64,000 bases of DNA, from positions 69,814-133,813 of the forward strand of contig CALVLD010000002.1 of NCBI GenBank assembly GCA_944336475.1, given 5' to 3'. This stretch comes from an uncultured Clostridia bacterium (GTDB lineage Bacteria; Bacillota; Clostridia; Christensenellales; CAG-138). Of the stretch, positions 18,559-29,628 are shown piece after piece; the stretch's first letter is position 1; each line of letters starts with the position of its first letter. Under the pieces are notes generated by a model. It made no database searches. It was not told the origin of the DNA and saw nothing but the letters and a program-made list of their open reading frames with translations. A program made the position numbers and the translations under genes.

Positions 18559-18635
18559 TGGTCTGGGTGAGAAGATTTGAACTTCCGGCCTCTTGAACCC
18601 CATTCAAGCACGCTACCAAACTGCGCTACACCCAG
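18559..18635 (-). tRNA. tRNA-Pro (anticodon GGG)
   Basis: The 77-nt reverse complement CTGGGTGTAGCGCAGTTTGGTAGCGTGCTTGAATGGGGTTCAAGAGGCCGGAAGTTCAAATCTTCTCACCCAGACCA folds as a cloverleaf. It has a 7-bp acceptor stem, anticodon loop AUGGGGU, T-loop TTCAAAT and an encoded CCA. Confidence 0.9.
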
Positions 18636-18756
18636 AAAATGCACTCTGTATTTTGATGCTCAGATATTGTAGCACCGCTTTCACGCTATGTCAAGCATGA
18701 ATGACAGTATATTTCACAAAACCGCATCATGCTCGTCCCTGGTCATAAAGGATGGG

Positions 18757-19716
18757 TTAGCTCGCAGAGATATGCTCTATTATCCTCTGCCAGACATCGG
18801 GATCCTGCTCGGTGAGGGCAAACCAATCGGTGCCCTTGAAATAGTCTGTTTTTTGCTGATCGGTTTTCAAGTTGCCTCTCTTGAGCTCGGCCTGAAACCC
18901 TCCGAACGTAGTTTTCATGGCGGATACGGCACTGTGGGTATAGTTGGGGTTATGCCCCTTGCCGTCGACAAGCAGGAAGCCGACATTGCTGCGCTTAACG
19001 GTTTTTGAAAGATACTCCGCATTCAGTCTACAGCTGACCACGGCGTCATCGGCGGAGTGGATTATGAGGAAGTCGGCATCATCATCCGCAAACGCCTGCT
19101 CGCTTGATGAGTCTACATACCCGGGGGCAAGCTCCTTTTCGTAGCGGTAAATGATACCCCTGAGCAATGCGGCGATGCCTTTTAGATACTGCTTGAGTAT
19201 GTTTTGAAACGACGTAAAACCGGAGATCACCACCACATGCCTTATCTGCTTGCGATAATTCAGTATGTTCCCTGCTGCATATCCGCCCCAACTGTGGCCG
19301 ATGACCGAAAGCTCGAGATATTTAAGGTCATCACGGGAGCGGATATAGCCTATGCATGCATCCAGATCGGCAAGGGATTGTGTCATGCTTCGTATATCTT
19401 TGCCGCCAGACATACCTGTGCCTGTTACATCATATGCCATTACTCGAAACCCACTTGAAGCAAGAAGCTCGATTTCTCTCATATAGGACAGATGACCGGG
19501 GCCTATGCCGTGACAGAAAACGACCAGACGATCCCTGTCGTGGCCGGTATAGCCGTAAATAAATCCCCTCAGCGTTATGCCTTCGTTTGAAGGGAATTCA
19601 AAAGGCTCGGCATTCAAACCGTGGAAGTCTGCGGCGTTAAAATACCGGATACCCGGCTCGTAGTCATAGCGTGCGACGATACGCTTGTATAGCTGTATAA
19701 TTTTATCCTTTAGCAA
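18757..19716 (-). CDS. Alpha/beta-fold hydrolase (S9/dienelactone-hydrolase-like)
   Basis: Nucleophile elbow GHSWGG. HG oxyanion motif (VFCHGIGPGH). TTG start. Confidence 0.75.
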   Translation of the reverse strand: MLKDKIIQLYKRIVARYDYEPGIRYFNAADFHGLNAEPFEFPSNEGITLRGFIYGYTGHDRDRLVVFCHGIGPGHLSYMREIELLASSGFRVMAYDVTGTGMSGGKDIRSMTQSLADLDACIGYIRSRDDLKYLELSVIGHSWGGYAAGNILNYRKQIRHVVVISGFTSFQNILKQYLKGIAALLRGIIYRYEKELAPGYVDSSSEQAFADDDADFLIIHSADDAVVSCRLNAEYLSKTVKRSNVGFLLVDGKGHNPNYTHSAVSAMKTTFGGFQAELKRGNLKTDQQKTDYFKGTDWFALTEQDPDVWQRIIEHISAS

Positions 19717-19928
19717 GTCAACATCTCCGACAAAAGAATAAAAAGGCGGTCAAGCCTCTGCGCCGACCGATTATACCTTCTCCAAACACATGTGTCAACC
19801 ATGCTATCAGCCGATTTTGAAGCTTTTCAACAGAAGAATTTTATCAAACAGTGAGTTTTTGATAAAAAAACCTTGTTATCTTACCCGGCACTATGATATA
19901 ATACCCTGTATTTTTATGGAGGTGAACC

Positions 19929-20993
19929 ATGCTCAAAGAATGTGAAAAGCTTATCTCCGCGCTCGCCGAGCACGATGTCGATTGTGCGTTGATGACCTCC
20001 CTTGCCAATATCCGCTATTTTTCCGGATTCACAAGCGAGGATGCTGTTCTCATAGTCTCTGCGGAAAGACGTGTACTGCTTACCGACTTTCGTTATACCA
20101 TCCAGGCCAATCAGCAGTGCCCCGATTGTGAGGTTCGTCAGGTCAGCAGGGGAATAACTCCTGCAGAGATTGCCGAGGTGCTGACTAATATCGGCGCAAA
20201 GCGCTGTGCGTTTGAGGATGGGTATCTTACCGTCCGTGCATTCAACTCATATGGCGAGCTGCCCGTGGAGCTTGTTCCCATGACGGAGGTGATCGACCGC
20301 TGCCGCCTTATAAAGAGCGAGGGGGAGATTGCCCTCATGCGCAAGGCGCAGTCTGTCTCGGACAGGGCTTTTTCGGAGCTGCTGGGCATAATGCGCGCCG
20401 GCATGACGGAGAAGCAGGTTGCAAACGAGCTTGACTATTTGCTCCGTAAGCACGGTGCGGACGAGAACTCCTTCGATACCATAGTCGGCAGCGGCCCAAA
20501 CGGCGCACTCTGCCACGCCTACCCCGGTGAGCGTGTTCTGCAGGAGGGGGATATGGTCGTACTCGACTTTGGCAGCAAGGTGGACGGCTACTGCTCGGAT
20601 ATGACCCGCACGGTCGCTATCGGCCAGCCCTGTGACGAGATGATGAAGATATACTCTATCGTCAAGGAGGCGCAAAGGCGTGCTTTAGAGGCTTTGCGCC
20701 CCGGCATAACGGGAAAGGAGCTTGACGCCGTTGCCCGTAACTACATTGCGGAGCAGGGCTATGGCGAGTGCTTCGGGCATTCCCTCGGCCACGGCTTCGG
20801 CCTCTATGTGCATGAGGCGCCGTATGCATCCATGCGTTCCGCCGATGTGCTGCTCCCCGGTACGACCATCACCATCGAGCCGGGCATATATGTCGAAGGG
20901 CTCGGCGGCGTCCGTATTGAGGACTGCTGTGTTCTGACGGAGGACGGGTTCATCAACCTTGTCGCCTCTCCCAAGGAGCTCATACTCCTGTAA
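19929..20993 (+). CDS. Xaa-Pro aminopeptidase / M24 family peptidase
   Basis: Creatinase-like N-domain plus pita-bread metal ligands (DFG...D, HSLGHGFG, EPG, E). Conserved synteny upstream of efp. Confidence 0.85.
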   Translation: MLKECEKLISALAEHDVDCALMTSLANIRYFSGFTSEDAVLIVSAERRVLLTDFRYTIQANQQCPDCEVRQVSRGITPAEIAEVLTNIGAKRCAFEDGYLTVRAFNSYGELPVELVPMTEVIDRCRLIKSEGEIALMRKAQSVSDRAFSELLGIMRAGMTEKQVANELDYLLRKHGADENSFDTIVGSGPNGALCHAYPGERVLQEGDMVVLDFGSKVDGYCSDMTRTVAIGQPCDEMMKIYSIVKEAQRRALEALRPGITGKELDAVARNYIAEQGYGECFGHSLGHGFGLYVHEAPYASMRSADVLLPGTTITIEPGIYVEGLGGVRIEDCCVLTEDGFINLVASPKELILL

Positions 20994-21044
20994 AAACGCC
21001 CTTTCGGGGCGACCCAATAAAAACAAAACCTTTGGAGGTAACTT

Positions 21045-21602
21045 ATGATTTTAGCAGGCGATTTCAGAAAGGGCGTCACCGTCGAGATAGACGGGCAGGT
21101 TTGGAGCATTGCTGATTTCCAGCATGTTAAGCCCGGCAAGGGTGCGGCATTCGTTCGTACCCGTCTCAAGAACGTCATGACTGGAGCAGTATTGGAGAAG
21201 ACATTCAGTCCCACAGACAAGTATCCCACAGCTCATATCGAGACCCGTGAGATGCAGTATCTCTACAACGACGGAAACCTCTACACATTTATGGATGTTG
21301 AGAACTACGAGCAGATCGAGCTCAACCACGAGCAGGTCGAGGACGCCATCAACTTCATCGTTGAGAATATGAATGTCACCATCCGCTTCTACAAGGGCAA
21401 AGCATTTGCCGTTGCAGCTCCCAATTTTGTCGAGCTTACCATTACCGAGTGCGAGCCCGGTGTCCGTGGCGATACCGCCACCAATGTCACTAAGCAGGCC
21501 ACTCTGGAGACCGGCTATACGGTAAACGTCCCCCTGTTTGTCAACGAGGGTGACCGCATCCGTGTTGACACCCGTACCGGCGAGTACATGGAGCGCTGCT
21601 GA
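21045..21602 (+). CDS. efp: Translation elongation factor P
   Basis: [19 protein letters not shown] signature, 185 aa. Confidence 0.95.
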   Translation: MILAGDFRKGVTVEIDGQVWSIADFQHVKPGKGAAFVRTRLKNVMTGAVLEKTFSPTDKYPTAHIETREMQYLYNDGNLYTFMDVENYEQIELNHEQVEDAINFIVENMNVTIRFYKGKAFAVAAPNFVELTITECEPGVRGDTATNVTKQATLETGYTVNVPLFVNEGDRIRVDTRTGEYMERC

Positions 21603-21607
21603 TAGCT

Positions 21608-22024
21608 ATGAAAGAGAAGATTGCATATCTTAAAGGGCTTATCGATGGTCTTGGCATTGCAGACGATGCCAACGGCCGTGTGATTCGTGCCATAGTCGAA
21701 TGTATTGATGCCATGGCTGAGGAGATCGAGGCGGAGTCCGACAGGAGCGATAATATCGAGTGCGATGTTGCGGAGCTGAAGGAGGATGTCGATGATTTGA
21801 ACATGGCTATGGACTTCATATTCGACTATGATGACGACGAAGACGACGATGAGGACGACGACGAGGATGAGGACGAGGATGAGGACGAGAACTGGGAGGA
21901 TGACTTCTCCTGCTTCACCTGCCCCAACTGCGGTGAGTCCGTAATGCTGGACGACGATATGGTCGAGGATTCTCCCATCTGCCCCAACTGCAACAGTCCC
22001 ATATTCGACAAATCTGCGGAGTGA
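21608..22024 (+). CDS. Acidic zinc-ribbon protein (CD1247-N-terminal-domain-like, tentative)
   Basis: 138 aa. D/E tract DYDDDEDDDEDDDEDEDEDEDENWEDD. CxxC-x23-CxxC (FTCPNCG...ICPNCN). Starts 6 nt after efp. Confidence 0.6.
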   Translation: MKEKIAYLKGLIDGLGIADDANGRVIRAIVECIDAMAEEIEAESDRSDNIECDVAELKEDVDDLNMAMDFIFDYDDDEDDDEDDDEDEDEDEDENWEDDFSCFTCPNCGESVMLDDDMVEDSPICPNCNSPIFDKSAE

Positions 22025-22076
22025 TCTCCGTTTGATCGGATCCAGCGGGGTGTTTGAGGTACTGAAAAGACCAAGC

Positions 22077-22117
22077 AAAAAACGAACCGGCCGCAATATA
22101 CGGCCGGTTCGTTTTTA
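22077..22117. terminator. Bidirectional intrinsic terminator
   Basis: 13-bp stem AACGAACCGGCCG / CGGCCGGTTCGTT flanked by an A-run and a T-run. Lies between convergent genes. Confidence 0.85.
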
Positions 22118-22175
22118 GTAGGTATCTATCAATTCTCTGAGCGGCTCATCGGCAGAGCCGCCTGATCAGATCGGA

Positions 22176-23810
<1,635 letters not shown>

Positions 23811-23823
23811 TTACCTCCTGTTT

Positions 23824-24111
23824 TTAGTCTTCAACAACTGCCAGAATGTCATTCTGACGGACAATGATGTACTCGACGCCGTCAACCTTGACCTCATTGC
23901 CTGCATACTTGGAGTAGATGACCCTGTCACCGACGGTGACATTCATGGTAATCTCCTTGCCGTCAACGACCCCGCCGGGGCCAACGGCAATGACCTCAGC
24001 CATCTGAGGCTTTTCCTTCGCACTGCCTGCAAGTATGAAACCACTCTTGGTGGTCTCTTCAACGTCCAAAGACTTAATGACGACTCTGTCGGCAAGCGGC
24101 TTAAGTTTCAT
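23824..24111 (-). CDS. groS: Co-chaperonin GroES
   Basis: MKLKPLADRVVIK... 95 aa. Start set at the internal ATG (24111), downstream of CIRCE. Confidence 0.95.
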   Translation of the reverse strand: MKLKPLADRVVIKSLDVEETTKSGFILAGSAKEKPQMAEVIAVGPGGVVDGKEITMNVTVGDRVIYSKYAGNEVKVDGVEYIIVRQNDILAVVED

Positions 24112-24173
24112 AATTTTAATCCTCCGTTCAAAGATTATTGTTTGTAAATTTTGCTCGGTCTTCCGAGTGGCTG

Positions 24174-24200
24174 TTAGCACTCAATACCATCGAGTGCTAA
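24174..24200. promoter_or_regulatory. CIRCE operator (HrcA binding site)
   Basis: Perfect TTAGCACTC-N9-GAGTGCTAA inverted repeat between the promoter and groES. Confidence 0.9.
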
Positions 24201-24208
24201 CAATGAGT

Positions 24209-24237
24209 ATTATATGCACGGAGGTATTATCTGTCAA
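24209..24237 (-). promoter_or_regulatory. Consensus sigma-A promoter of groES-groEL
   Basis: On the minus strand: TTGACA (24237-24232), 17-nt spacer, TATAAT (24214-24209). Immediately upstream of CIRCE. Confidence 0.85.
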
Positions 24238-24314
24238 CAGCATATTGCCTATACGTTCAAATATATTTTTTTGAAGCACAGGTAATATATTGCACGCATA
24301 TGTCATCAGCATAC

Positions 24315-24343
24315 TTGCAATTAAACGGCAGTGGGGTTATAAT
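24315..24343 (+). promoter_or_regulatory. Sigma-A-type promoter of the leader/ABC operon
   Basis: TTGCAA (24315-24320), 17-nt spacer, TATAAT (24338-24343). Confidence 0.65.
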
Positions 24344-24375
24344 GCCATTATCTTAAAAGAAAGGAGGCTGCAAGT

Positions 24376-24462
24376 ATGCGCGGTTATTGTGTGCTCGACG
24401 CTGTGATTTCCTGCTGTGTGTATGCCCGTTCCCATGCCGCTCATATGCGGCCGACCAATTAG
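24376..24462 (+). CDS. Candidate 28-aa leader peptide (MRGYCVLDAVISCCVYARSHAAHMRPTN)
   Basis: AAGGAGG SD (24361-24367) 8 nt before the ATG. Below the ORF-track cutoff. Followed by a terminator hairpin ahead of the ABC genes. Confidence 0.5.
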   Translation: MRGYCVLDAVISCCVYARSHAAHMRPTN

Positions 24463-24485
24463 TTTATTTTAACGTGTGTATTTGG

Positions 24486-24516
24486 TCACGGGCACAGGTC
24501 AGCCCGTGATTTTTTG
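24486..24516 (+). terminator. Intrinsic terminator / attenuator in the 5' leader of the ABC operon
   Basis: TCACGGGC (24486-24493) pairs with GCCCGTGA (24502-24509), followed by TTTTTT. Located 20 nt before the ABC SD and start. Confidence 0.7.
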
Positions 24517-24535
24517 TTACCCATATGGAGGCTAT

Positions 24536-26410
24536 ATGAGAAGTAAAAAGAGAAAGCACAAAAAGACCGAACACCGTTCGATAAATTTTGCGCTGGTAAG
24601 GCGTGCGATGAGGGGGACGGGGAAGTACTTTGCGATAGCCATGGTCGCACTTGTATTTGCCGTACTCTCAGGGTATCTCATACCGATTGTGACCGGATTC
24701 ACAATGGACTATGTGCTACTCCCGTATGCGGAGGAGGGATATTCCGTAAGCATTGAACTACCCGATACAATAATGGAGTGGATAGAATCTCTCGGAGGAC
24801 GTGAGTTTTTAAGCAGCCACCTCTATATAATGGCAATACTGCTTGTGCTGGTGAGTGCAATAAACGCCTACAGCACGTATCTCAGGCGCCGAAACATCGC
24901 ATTTGCCGGAGAGAGCATGGCTAAAAACCTGCGTGATGACCTCTATGTCCATCTTTCAAATGTACCGTTTGATTATCACAAACATGTTTCAACCGGCGAT
25001 CTGGTGCAGCGGTGCACGTCGGATGTCGATACCGTGCGTCGCTTTATACAGAACCAGATACTCGAAATGGTGCGCACGGTCATAATGGTCATAAGCGCAG
25101 TGATAATACTTGTGAGTATAAACCCGATGCTGACGCTTTACTCGGTAATGCTCATGCCGTTCCTTGCGCTGTCGTCATTTATCTACTTTAAGCATGTAAG
25201 GCGTCAGTTTGCACAGGCAGACGAGGCGGAGGGAAAGCTCTCAGCAACGATACAGGAGAATCTTGCCGGCGTGAGGGTCGTAAGGGCATTTGGGCAGCAG
25301 AAGGCGGAGATGGATAACTTCACCGAGAAAAACAGCGACTATAAAAACAAGAATCAGCGGCTGCTGACGATGCTTGCCTACTACTGGGGGGTATCCGATT
25401 GCTTCGGCTATCTGCAGATAGGTATATCGCTGTGCGCCGGAATCTACTACGTTCTGATAGGCGAGCTGTCGGTCGGAGAGATGCTTGTGTTCTCATCATA
25501 CACTGGTATGCTCACATGGCCGGTGCGCCAGCTGGGCCGCATACTTGCCGACATGGGCAGGGCAACTGTCTCGCTCGGTAGGATAGATGAGATAATGTCC
25601 GTACCGGTCGAAGCGGAGCCGGGGCGTGCGCTCACGCCGGAGATACACGGCGATGTCGAATTCCGCAATGTCAGCTTCGGTTATGAGGACGGAAGGGATG
25701 TGATAAAGAACATCAGCTTCACTGCAAAGCATGGACAGACGATAGCTATACTGGGCTCTACAGGCTCGGGAAAATCCTCGCTTGTTCAGCTCATGCAGAG
25801 GCTGTACACCTGCCGAGAGGGCGAGATACTCATTGACGGCGTAAATGTCAACGACATAGAGCGGCACCATCTGCGCAGGAACATAGGCATAGTGATGCAG
25901 GAGCCCTTCCTGTATTCGCGCACCATAATGGATAACATCCGCATAGTGGCGCCCGATGCAAATGAGGAGGATGTATTCGAGGCGGCAAGAGTCGCATCCA
26001 TACATAATGTGGTGACAGGGTTTGAAAACGGATATGACACCATCGTTGGCGAGAGGGGCGTTACCCTTTCGGGAGGGCAGAAGCAGCGCGTTGCGATCGC
26101 CCGTATGCTCATGCAGAAGGCGCCCATAATCATACTGGACGACTCCATGAGCGCCGTGGATACTGAAACGGATGCGGCAATAAGGGATGCGCTGCATTCA
26201 CGCCGCAAGAGCAGCACAACGTTTATAATCTCCCACCGCATAACAACGCTCTGCAAGGCAGACAAGATACTTGTGCTCGAGGATGGCGAGCTTGTTCAGC
26301 AGGGTACTCATGAAGAGCTTATTGCTCAGGAGGGTCTGTACAAGCGCATTGCAGACATACAGAATATGCTCGAGGACGAGCTTGCAAACGACGAAGGAGG
26401 TGAGGCATAA
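24536..26410 (+). CDS. ABC exporter, fused permease/ATPase, degenerate-site subunit
   Basis: Walker A GSTGSGKSS, signature LSGGQKQR, Walker B IILDDSMS (Asp for Glu). ATG 24536 follows GGAGG. Confidence 0.9.
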   Translation: MRSKKRKHKKTEHRSINFALVRRAMRGTGKYFAIAMVALVFAVLSGYLIPIVTGFTMDYVLLPYAEEGYSVSIELPDTIMEWIESLGGREFLSSHLYIMAILLVLVSAINAYSTYLRRRNIAFAGESMAKNLRDDLYVHLSNVPFDYHKHVSTGDLVQRCTSDVDTVRRFIQNQILEMVRTVIMVISAVIILVSINPMLTLYSVMLMPFLALSSFIYFKHVRRQFAQADEAEGKLSATIQENLAGVRVVRAFGQQKAEMDNFTEKNSDYKNKNQRLLTMLAYYWGVSDCFGYLQIGISLCAGIYYVLIGELSVGEMLVFSSYTGMLTWPVRQLGRILADMGRATVSLGRIDEIMSVPVEAEPGRALTPEIHGDVEFRNVSFGYEDGRDVIKNISFTAKHGQTIAILGSTGSGKSSLVQLMQRLYTCREGEILIDGVNVNDIERHHLRRNIGIVMQEPFLYSRTIMDNIRIVAPDANEEDVFEAARVASIHNVVTGFENGYDTIVGERGVTLSGGQKQRVAIARMLMQKAPIIILDDSMSAVDTETDAAIRDALHSRRKSSTTFIISHRITTLCKADKILVLEDGELVQQGTHEELIAQEGLYKRIADIQNMLEDELANDEGGEA

Positions 26411-28266
26411 TGGAGGAACTCTCAACTTCCGCACTTAAAGAACAGGAATTCAGCCAAAAGGTCGATCTCAGAATATGGAAAAAGCTGTTCAGATATGCCC
26501 TCAGGTACAAGGGGCTTGTGATTCGCACCATAATTGCACTGCTGTTTGTCGCAGCGATAGACATAATCTATCCGCAGCTCTCCCGATATGCAATAGATAA
26601 CATAATCGGCAAGGACGATATGGGCGCATTGCCGTGGTTCGGGCTCTTCTATGCACTGATAGTCGCCGTGCAGGGCGCAGGTGTTGTGTTGTTTATAAAG
26701 GGATCGGGCAAGCTTGAAATGCGTATGGCGTTTGACATTCGTCAGGATGCCTTCCGCAAACTGCAGCAGCTTTCATTCTCCTATTATGATAAGACGGCGG
26801 TCGGCTACATAATGGCACGCATGGTAAGCGATGTTTCAAGGCTGAGCGAGCTCATAGCCTGGAGCGTTGTCGACATACTCTGGGCAAGCTGCTATGTTAT
26901 CGGCGTGATAGGCATAATGCTGTCTATGAACTGGAAGCTCGCACTCATAGTCATAGCCGTACTGCCTCCGCTTGCATTGATATGTATGTATTTTCAGAAG
27001 CGGATACTCAAGCATTACCGGGATGTAAGGAAGCAGAACTCACGCATTACAGGCGCCTTCAACGAGGGGATAATGGGTGCGGTCACAACCAAAACGCTTG
27101 TGCGTGAGGATAAGAACAGCGAGGAGTTCAGGTCGGAAACAGGCAGGATGCGCAAGGCTGCAACACGAGCCGCAGTGCTCTCCGCAATGTTCACCCCGAT
27201 AGTTATGTGTCTGGGCTCCATTGGCACGGGTCTTGCGCTCTATGCCGGCGGTATGAGCGTCACCCATGCGTGGGAGACTGCCTTCGGCATAATGACTGTG
27301 GGTACGCTGTCGTCGTTCATATCCTACTCCACAAATCTGTTCGAGCCAATTCAACAGCTTGCAGGCATATTTGCGGAGATGCAGAGCGCACAGGCGAGTG
27401 CTGAGCGTGTTATCACCCTCATAGATACCCCGTGCGACATAGTGGACAGCGACGAGGTGGTTGAAAAGTACGGCGACTGCTTTGAGCCAAAGCGTGAAAA
27501 CTGGGAGCCCATAAACGGCGACGTTACGTTTGAACATGTTGATTTTGCCTATAAGGGCGGAGAAAGCGTGCTGCATGATTTCAATCTCGATGTCAAAGCG
27601 GGCGAAACTATAGCCCTTGTGGGTGAGACGGGTGCAGGCAAGAGCACAATAGTCAACCTGGTATGTCGATTCTATGAGCCGACTGCAGGAAGGATACTCA
27701 TAGATGGCGTGGACTATCGCGAGCGCAGTCAGCTCTGGCTCCAGGATAGGCTTGGATATGTCCTGCAGCAGCCGCATCTCTTCTCGTGCAGCATAAAGGA
27801 AAACATCCGCTATGGCAGGCGTGATGCGACCGATGAGGAGGTCTATGCCGCAGCAAGGCTGGTTCATGCGGAGGAGTTCATACTTGCCCAGGAGAACGGC
27901 TATGACACCGAGGTGGGCGAGGGCGGCGCAAGGCTTTCAACGGGTCAGAAGCAGCTCATCAGCTTTGCAAGGGTAATACTTGCCGATCCGAGGATATTCG
28001 TGCTCGACGAGGCGACAAGCTCGATTGACACCGAGACCGAGCAGCTCATACAGAACGCCATCACAAAGGTGTTGGAGCATCGTACCAGCTTCATCGTTGC
28101 GCACCGCCTCTCGACCATCCGCTCTGCAGACAGGATACTTGTGATAAGGGACGGAAAGATTACGGAGTCCGGCACGCACAGGGAGCTGTTGAAGCTCGGG
28201 GGCTACTATTACGATCTCTACACCACTCAGTTTAAGGAGGAGAGAGCGGCCGACATACTCGGCTGA
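26410..28266 (+). CDS. ABC exporter, fused permease/ATPase, consensus-site subunit
   Basis: Walker A GETGAGKST, non-canonical signature LSTGQKQ, Walker B FVLDEATS. Its start overlaps the upstream stop (TAATG). Confidence 0.9.
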   Translation: MEELSTSALKEQEFSQKVDLRIWKKLFRYALRYKGLVIRTIIALLFVAAIDIIYPQLSRYAIDNIIGKDDMGALPWFGLFYALIVAVQGAGVVLFIKGSGKLEMRMAFDIRQDAFRKLQQLSFSYYDKTAVGYIMARMVSDVSRLSELIAWSVVDILWASCYVIGVIGIMLSMNWKLALIVIAVLPPLALICMYFQKRILKHYRDVRKQNSRITGAFNEGIMGAVTTKTLVREDKNSEEFRSETGRMRKAATRAAVLSAMFTPIVMCLGSIGTGLALYAGGMSVTHAWETAFGIMTVGTLSSFISYSTNLFEPIQQLAGIFAEMQSAQASAERVITLIDTPCDIVDSDEVVEKYGDCFEPKRENWEPINGDVTFEHVDFAYKGGESVLHDFNLDVKAGETIALVGETGAGKSTIVNLVCRFYEPTAGRILIDGVDYRERSQLWLQDRLGYVLQQPHLFSCSIKENIRYGRRDATDEEVYAAARLVHAEEFILAQENGYDTEVGEGGARLSTGQKQLISFARVILADPRIFVLDEATSSIDTETEQLIQNAITKVLEHRTSFIVAHRLSTIRSADRILVIRDGKITESGTHRELLKLGGYYYDLYTTQFKEERAADILG

Positions 28267-28463
28267 CGAACAAAGCATATAACATAAATGATAGGGAGCT
28301 AATGCGAAACCATTGGGATATGGGTGCAAAAGCTCCTTTTGTGCAACAGAACCCATTACACGCACAAACAACAAACCGGGCAACCAATCAGGCCTACCCG
28401 GCTTCGCTTTATCTTTATATAAATAAATGGGACAGTCCCCTGTGTCTATAATGGGGACGGCGC

Positions 28464-29405
28464 TCAGAGGTTTATGTCCTCCGCCACTATGTAGAGAGGA
28501 CGAGCTTTCACTTCGTCATATATGCGGTTCAGATACATGCCCTGCATCGCCATGAACAGCAGCGCCGCCGCCTGTATGCCCACCACGCCGCATAGAGCCC
28601 ATAGCCAGGACGGGAATGCAACGTTGCAGCATGCAAGCACTATGAGGGCTATGAGCCCAAGCACATCAAGCACGAACAGCCCGATGCCGAACTCACCGCA
28701 TAAGGTCAGCGGACGGTCGGAGAAGCCGATTATGCCGTCGGAGGCAAGGCGCAGCATCTTCTTGAGGGTGTACTTGGTCTTGCCGGCGTAGCGCTCATTT
28801 CTAACGTACTCAACGGGAACGGCCTCAAAGCCCATCCAGCCGCTCATACCACGCAGGAAGCGGTTATGCTCGCGCATTTTAAGAAAGACATCTGCCACCT
28901 TGCGGTCAAGCAGGCGGAAATCCCCCGTATCAAGGGGTATGGGATATGCGCTCATGGCGCGAAGTATGCGATAGTAGGCAAATGCCGTGAGCTTCTTGAA
29001 AACAGTCTCACCCTTGCGCTTGAGCCTCTTGCCGTAGGCGATGTCCGCACCGTTTTCCCACGCCTTTACCATATCGGCGATAACCTCAGGAGGATCCTGG
29101 AGGTCAACGTCTATGATTATGAGAGCGTCGCCCTTTGCGGCGTCCATGCCGCAGGTGACGGCGGTCTGATGCCCAAAGTTGCGGCTGAAGCTGCGTACCT
29201 TAACATGAGGATTGTCCTTTGCAATGCTGCGCAGTATCTTCATCGAGCCGTCTCGACTGCCATCGTTCACATAGATGATCTCATAGCGGTAGCCGAGATT
29301 TGCCATGGCCTCGTTCATCTTTTCGTAAGAAATAGGGAGCACCTCCTCCTCATTGTAAACGGGAACGATGAGCGAGAGCAGTTTGTCCTTCTTGACGGTA
29401 TCCAT
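28464..29405 (-). CDS. Family-2 glycosyltransferase, polyprenyl-phosphate glycosyltransferase type (GtrB/ArnC-like)
   Basis: LSLIVPVYNEEE, DxD (DVDLQDPPE), two C-terminal TM helices. The second ATG (29405) is better spaced from GGAGG. Confidence 0.85.
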   Translation of the reverse strand: MDTVKKDKLLSLIVPVYNEEEVLPISYEKMNEAMANLGYRYEIIYVNDGSRDGSMKILRSIAKDNPHVKVRSFSRNFGHQTAVTCGMDAAKGDALIIIDVDLQDPPEVIADMVKAWENGADIAYGKRLKRKGETVFKKLTAFAYYRILRAMSAYPIPLDTGDFRLLDRKVADVFLKMREHNRFLRGMSGWMGFEAVPVEYVRNERYAGKTKYTLKKMLRLASDGIIGFSDRPLTLCGEFGIGLFVLDVLGLIALIVLACCNVAFPSWLWALCGVVGIQAAALLFMAMQGMYLNRIYDEVKARPLYIVAEDINL

Positions 29406-29628
29406 AACCATCCTCCGTGCGGATTATTCATCGGGTAAGCATATCCGACGAATAGATTATACCAAATTTTTCACAGTTTGTAAGCATCACTATGGACGGA
29501 ACAAAAATATATCATATTATTTAAATATACAAACTTTATTGTTAGGGATATTTGTGGTAGTATACGGAGCAGGTGATTACAGACATGTACATGACCCGAC
29601 AATATATCGCAAGGAGTAGAGATATCAT

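Noticed and set aside
21827-21907. Triplet-repeat tract (GAC/GAT/GAG/GAA) considered as a non-coding tandem repeat or CRISPR-like array
   Set aside because: It lies in frame inside a coding sequence and encodes a D/E tract. There is no spacer/repeat organisation. No CRISPR array was found anywhere in the window.
27040-27867. 275-aa ORF antisense to the fourth ABC subunit. Similar long antisense ORFs occur at 25496-26197, 30396-31055, 54944-55639, 58382-59146, 58990-59691 and 61515-62162.
   Set aside because: Each overlaps a motif-supported gene on the other strand, lacks an SD and has no recognisable domain.
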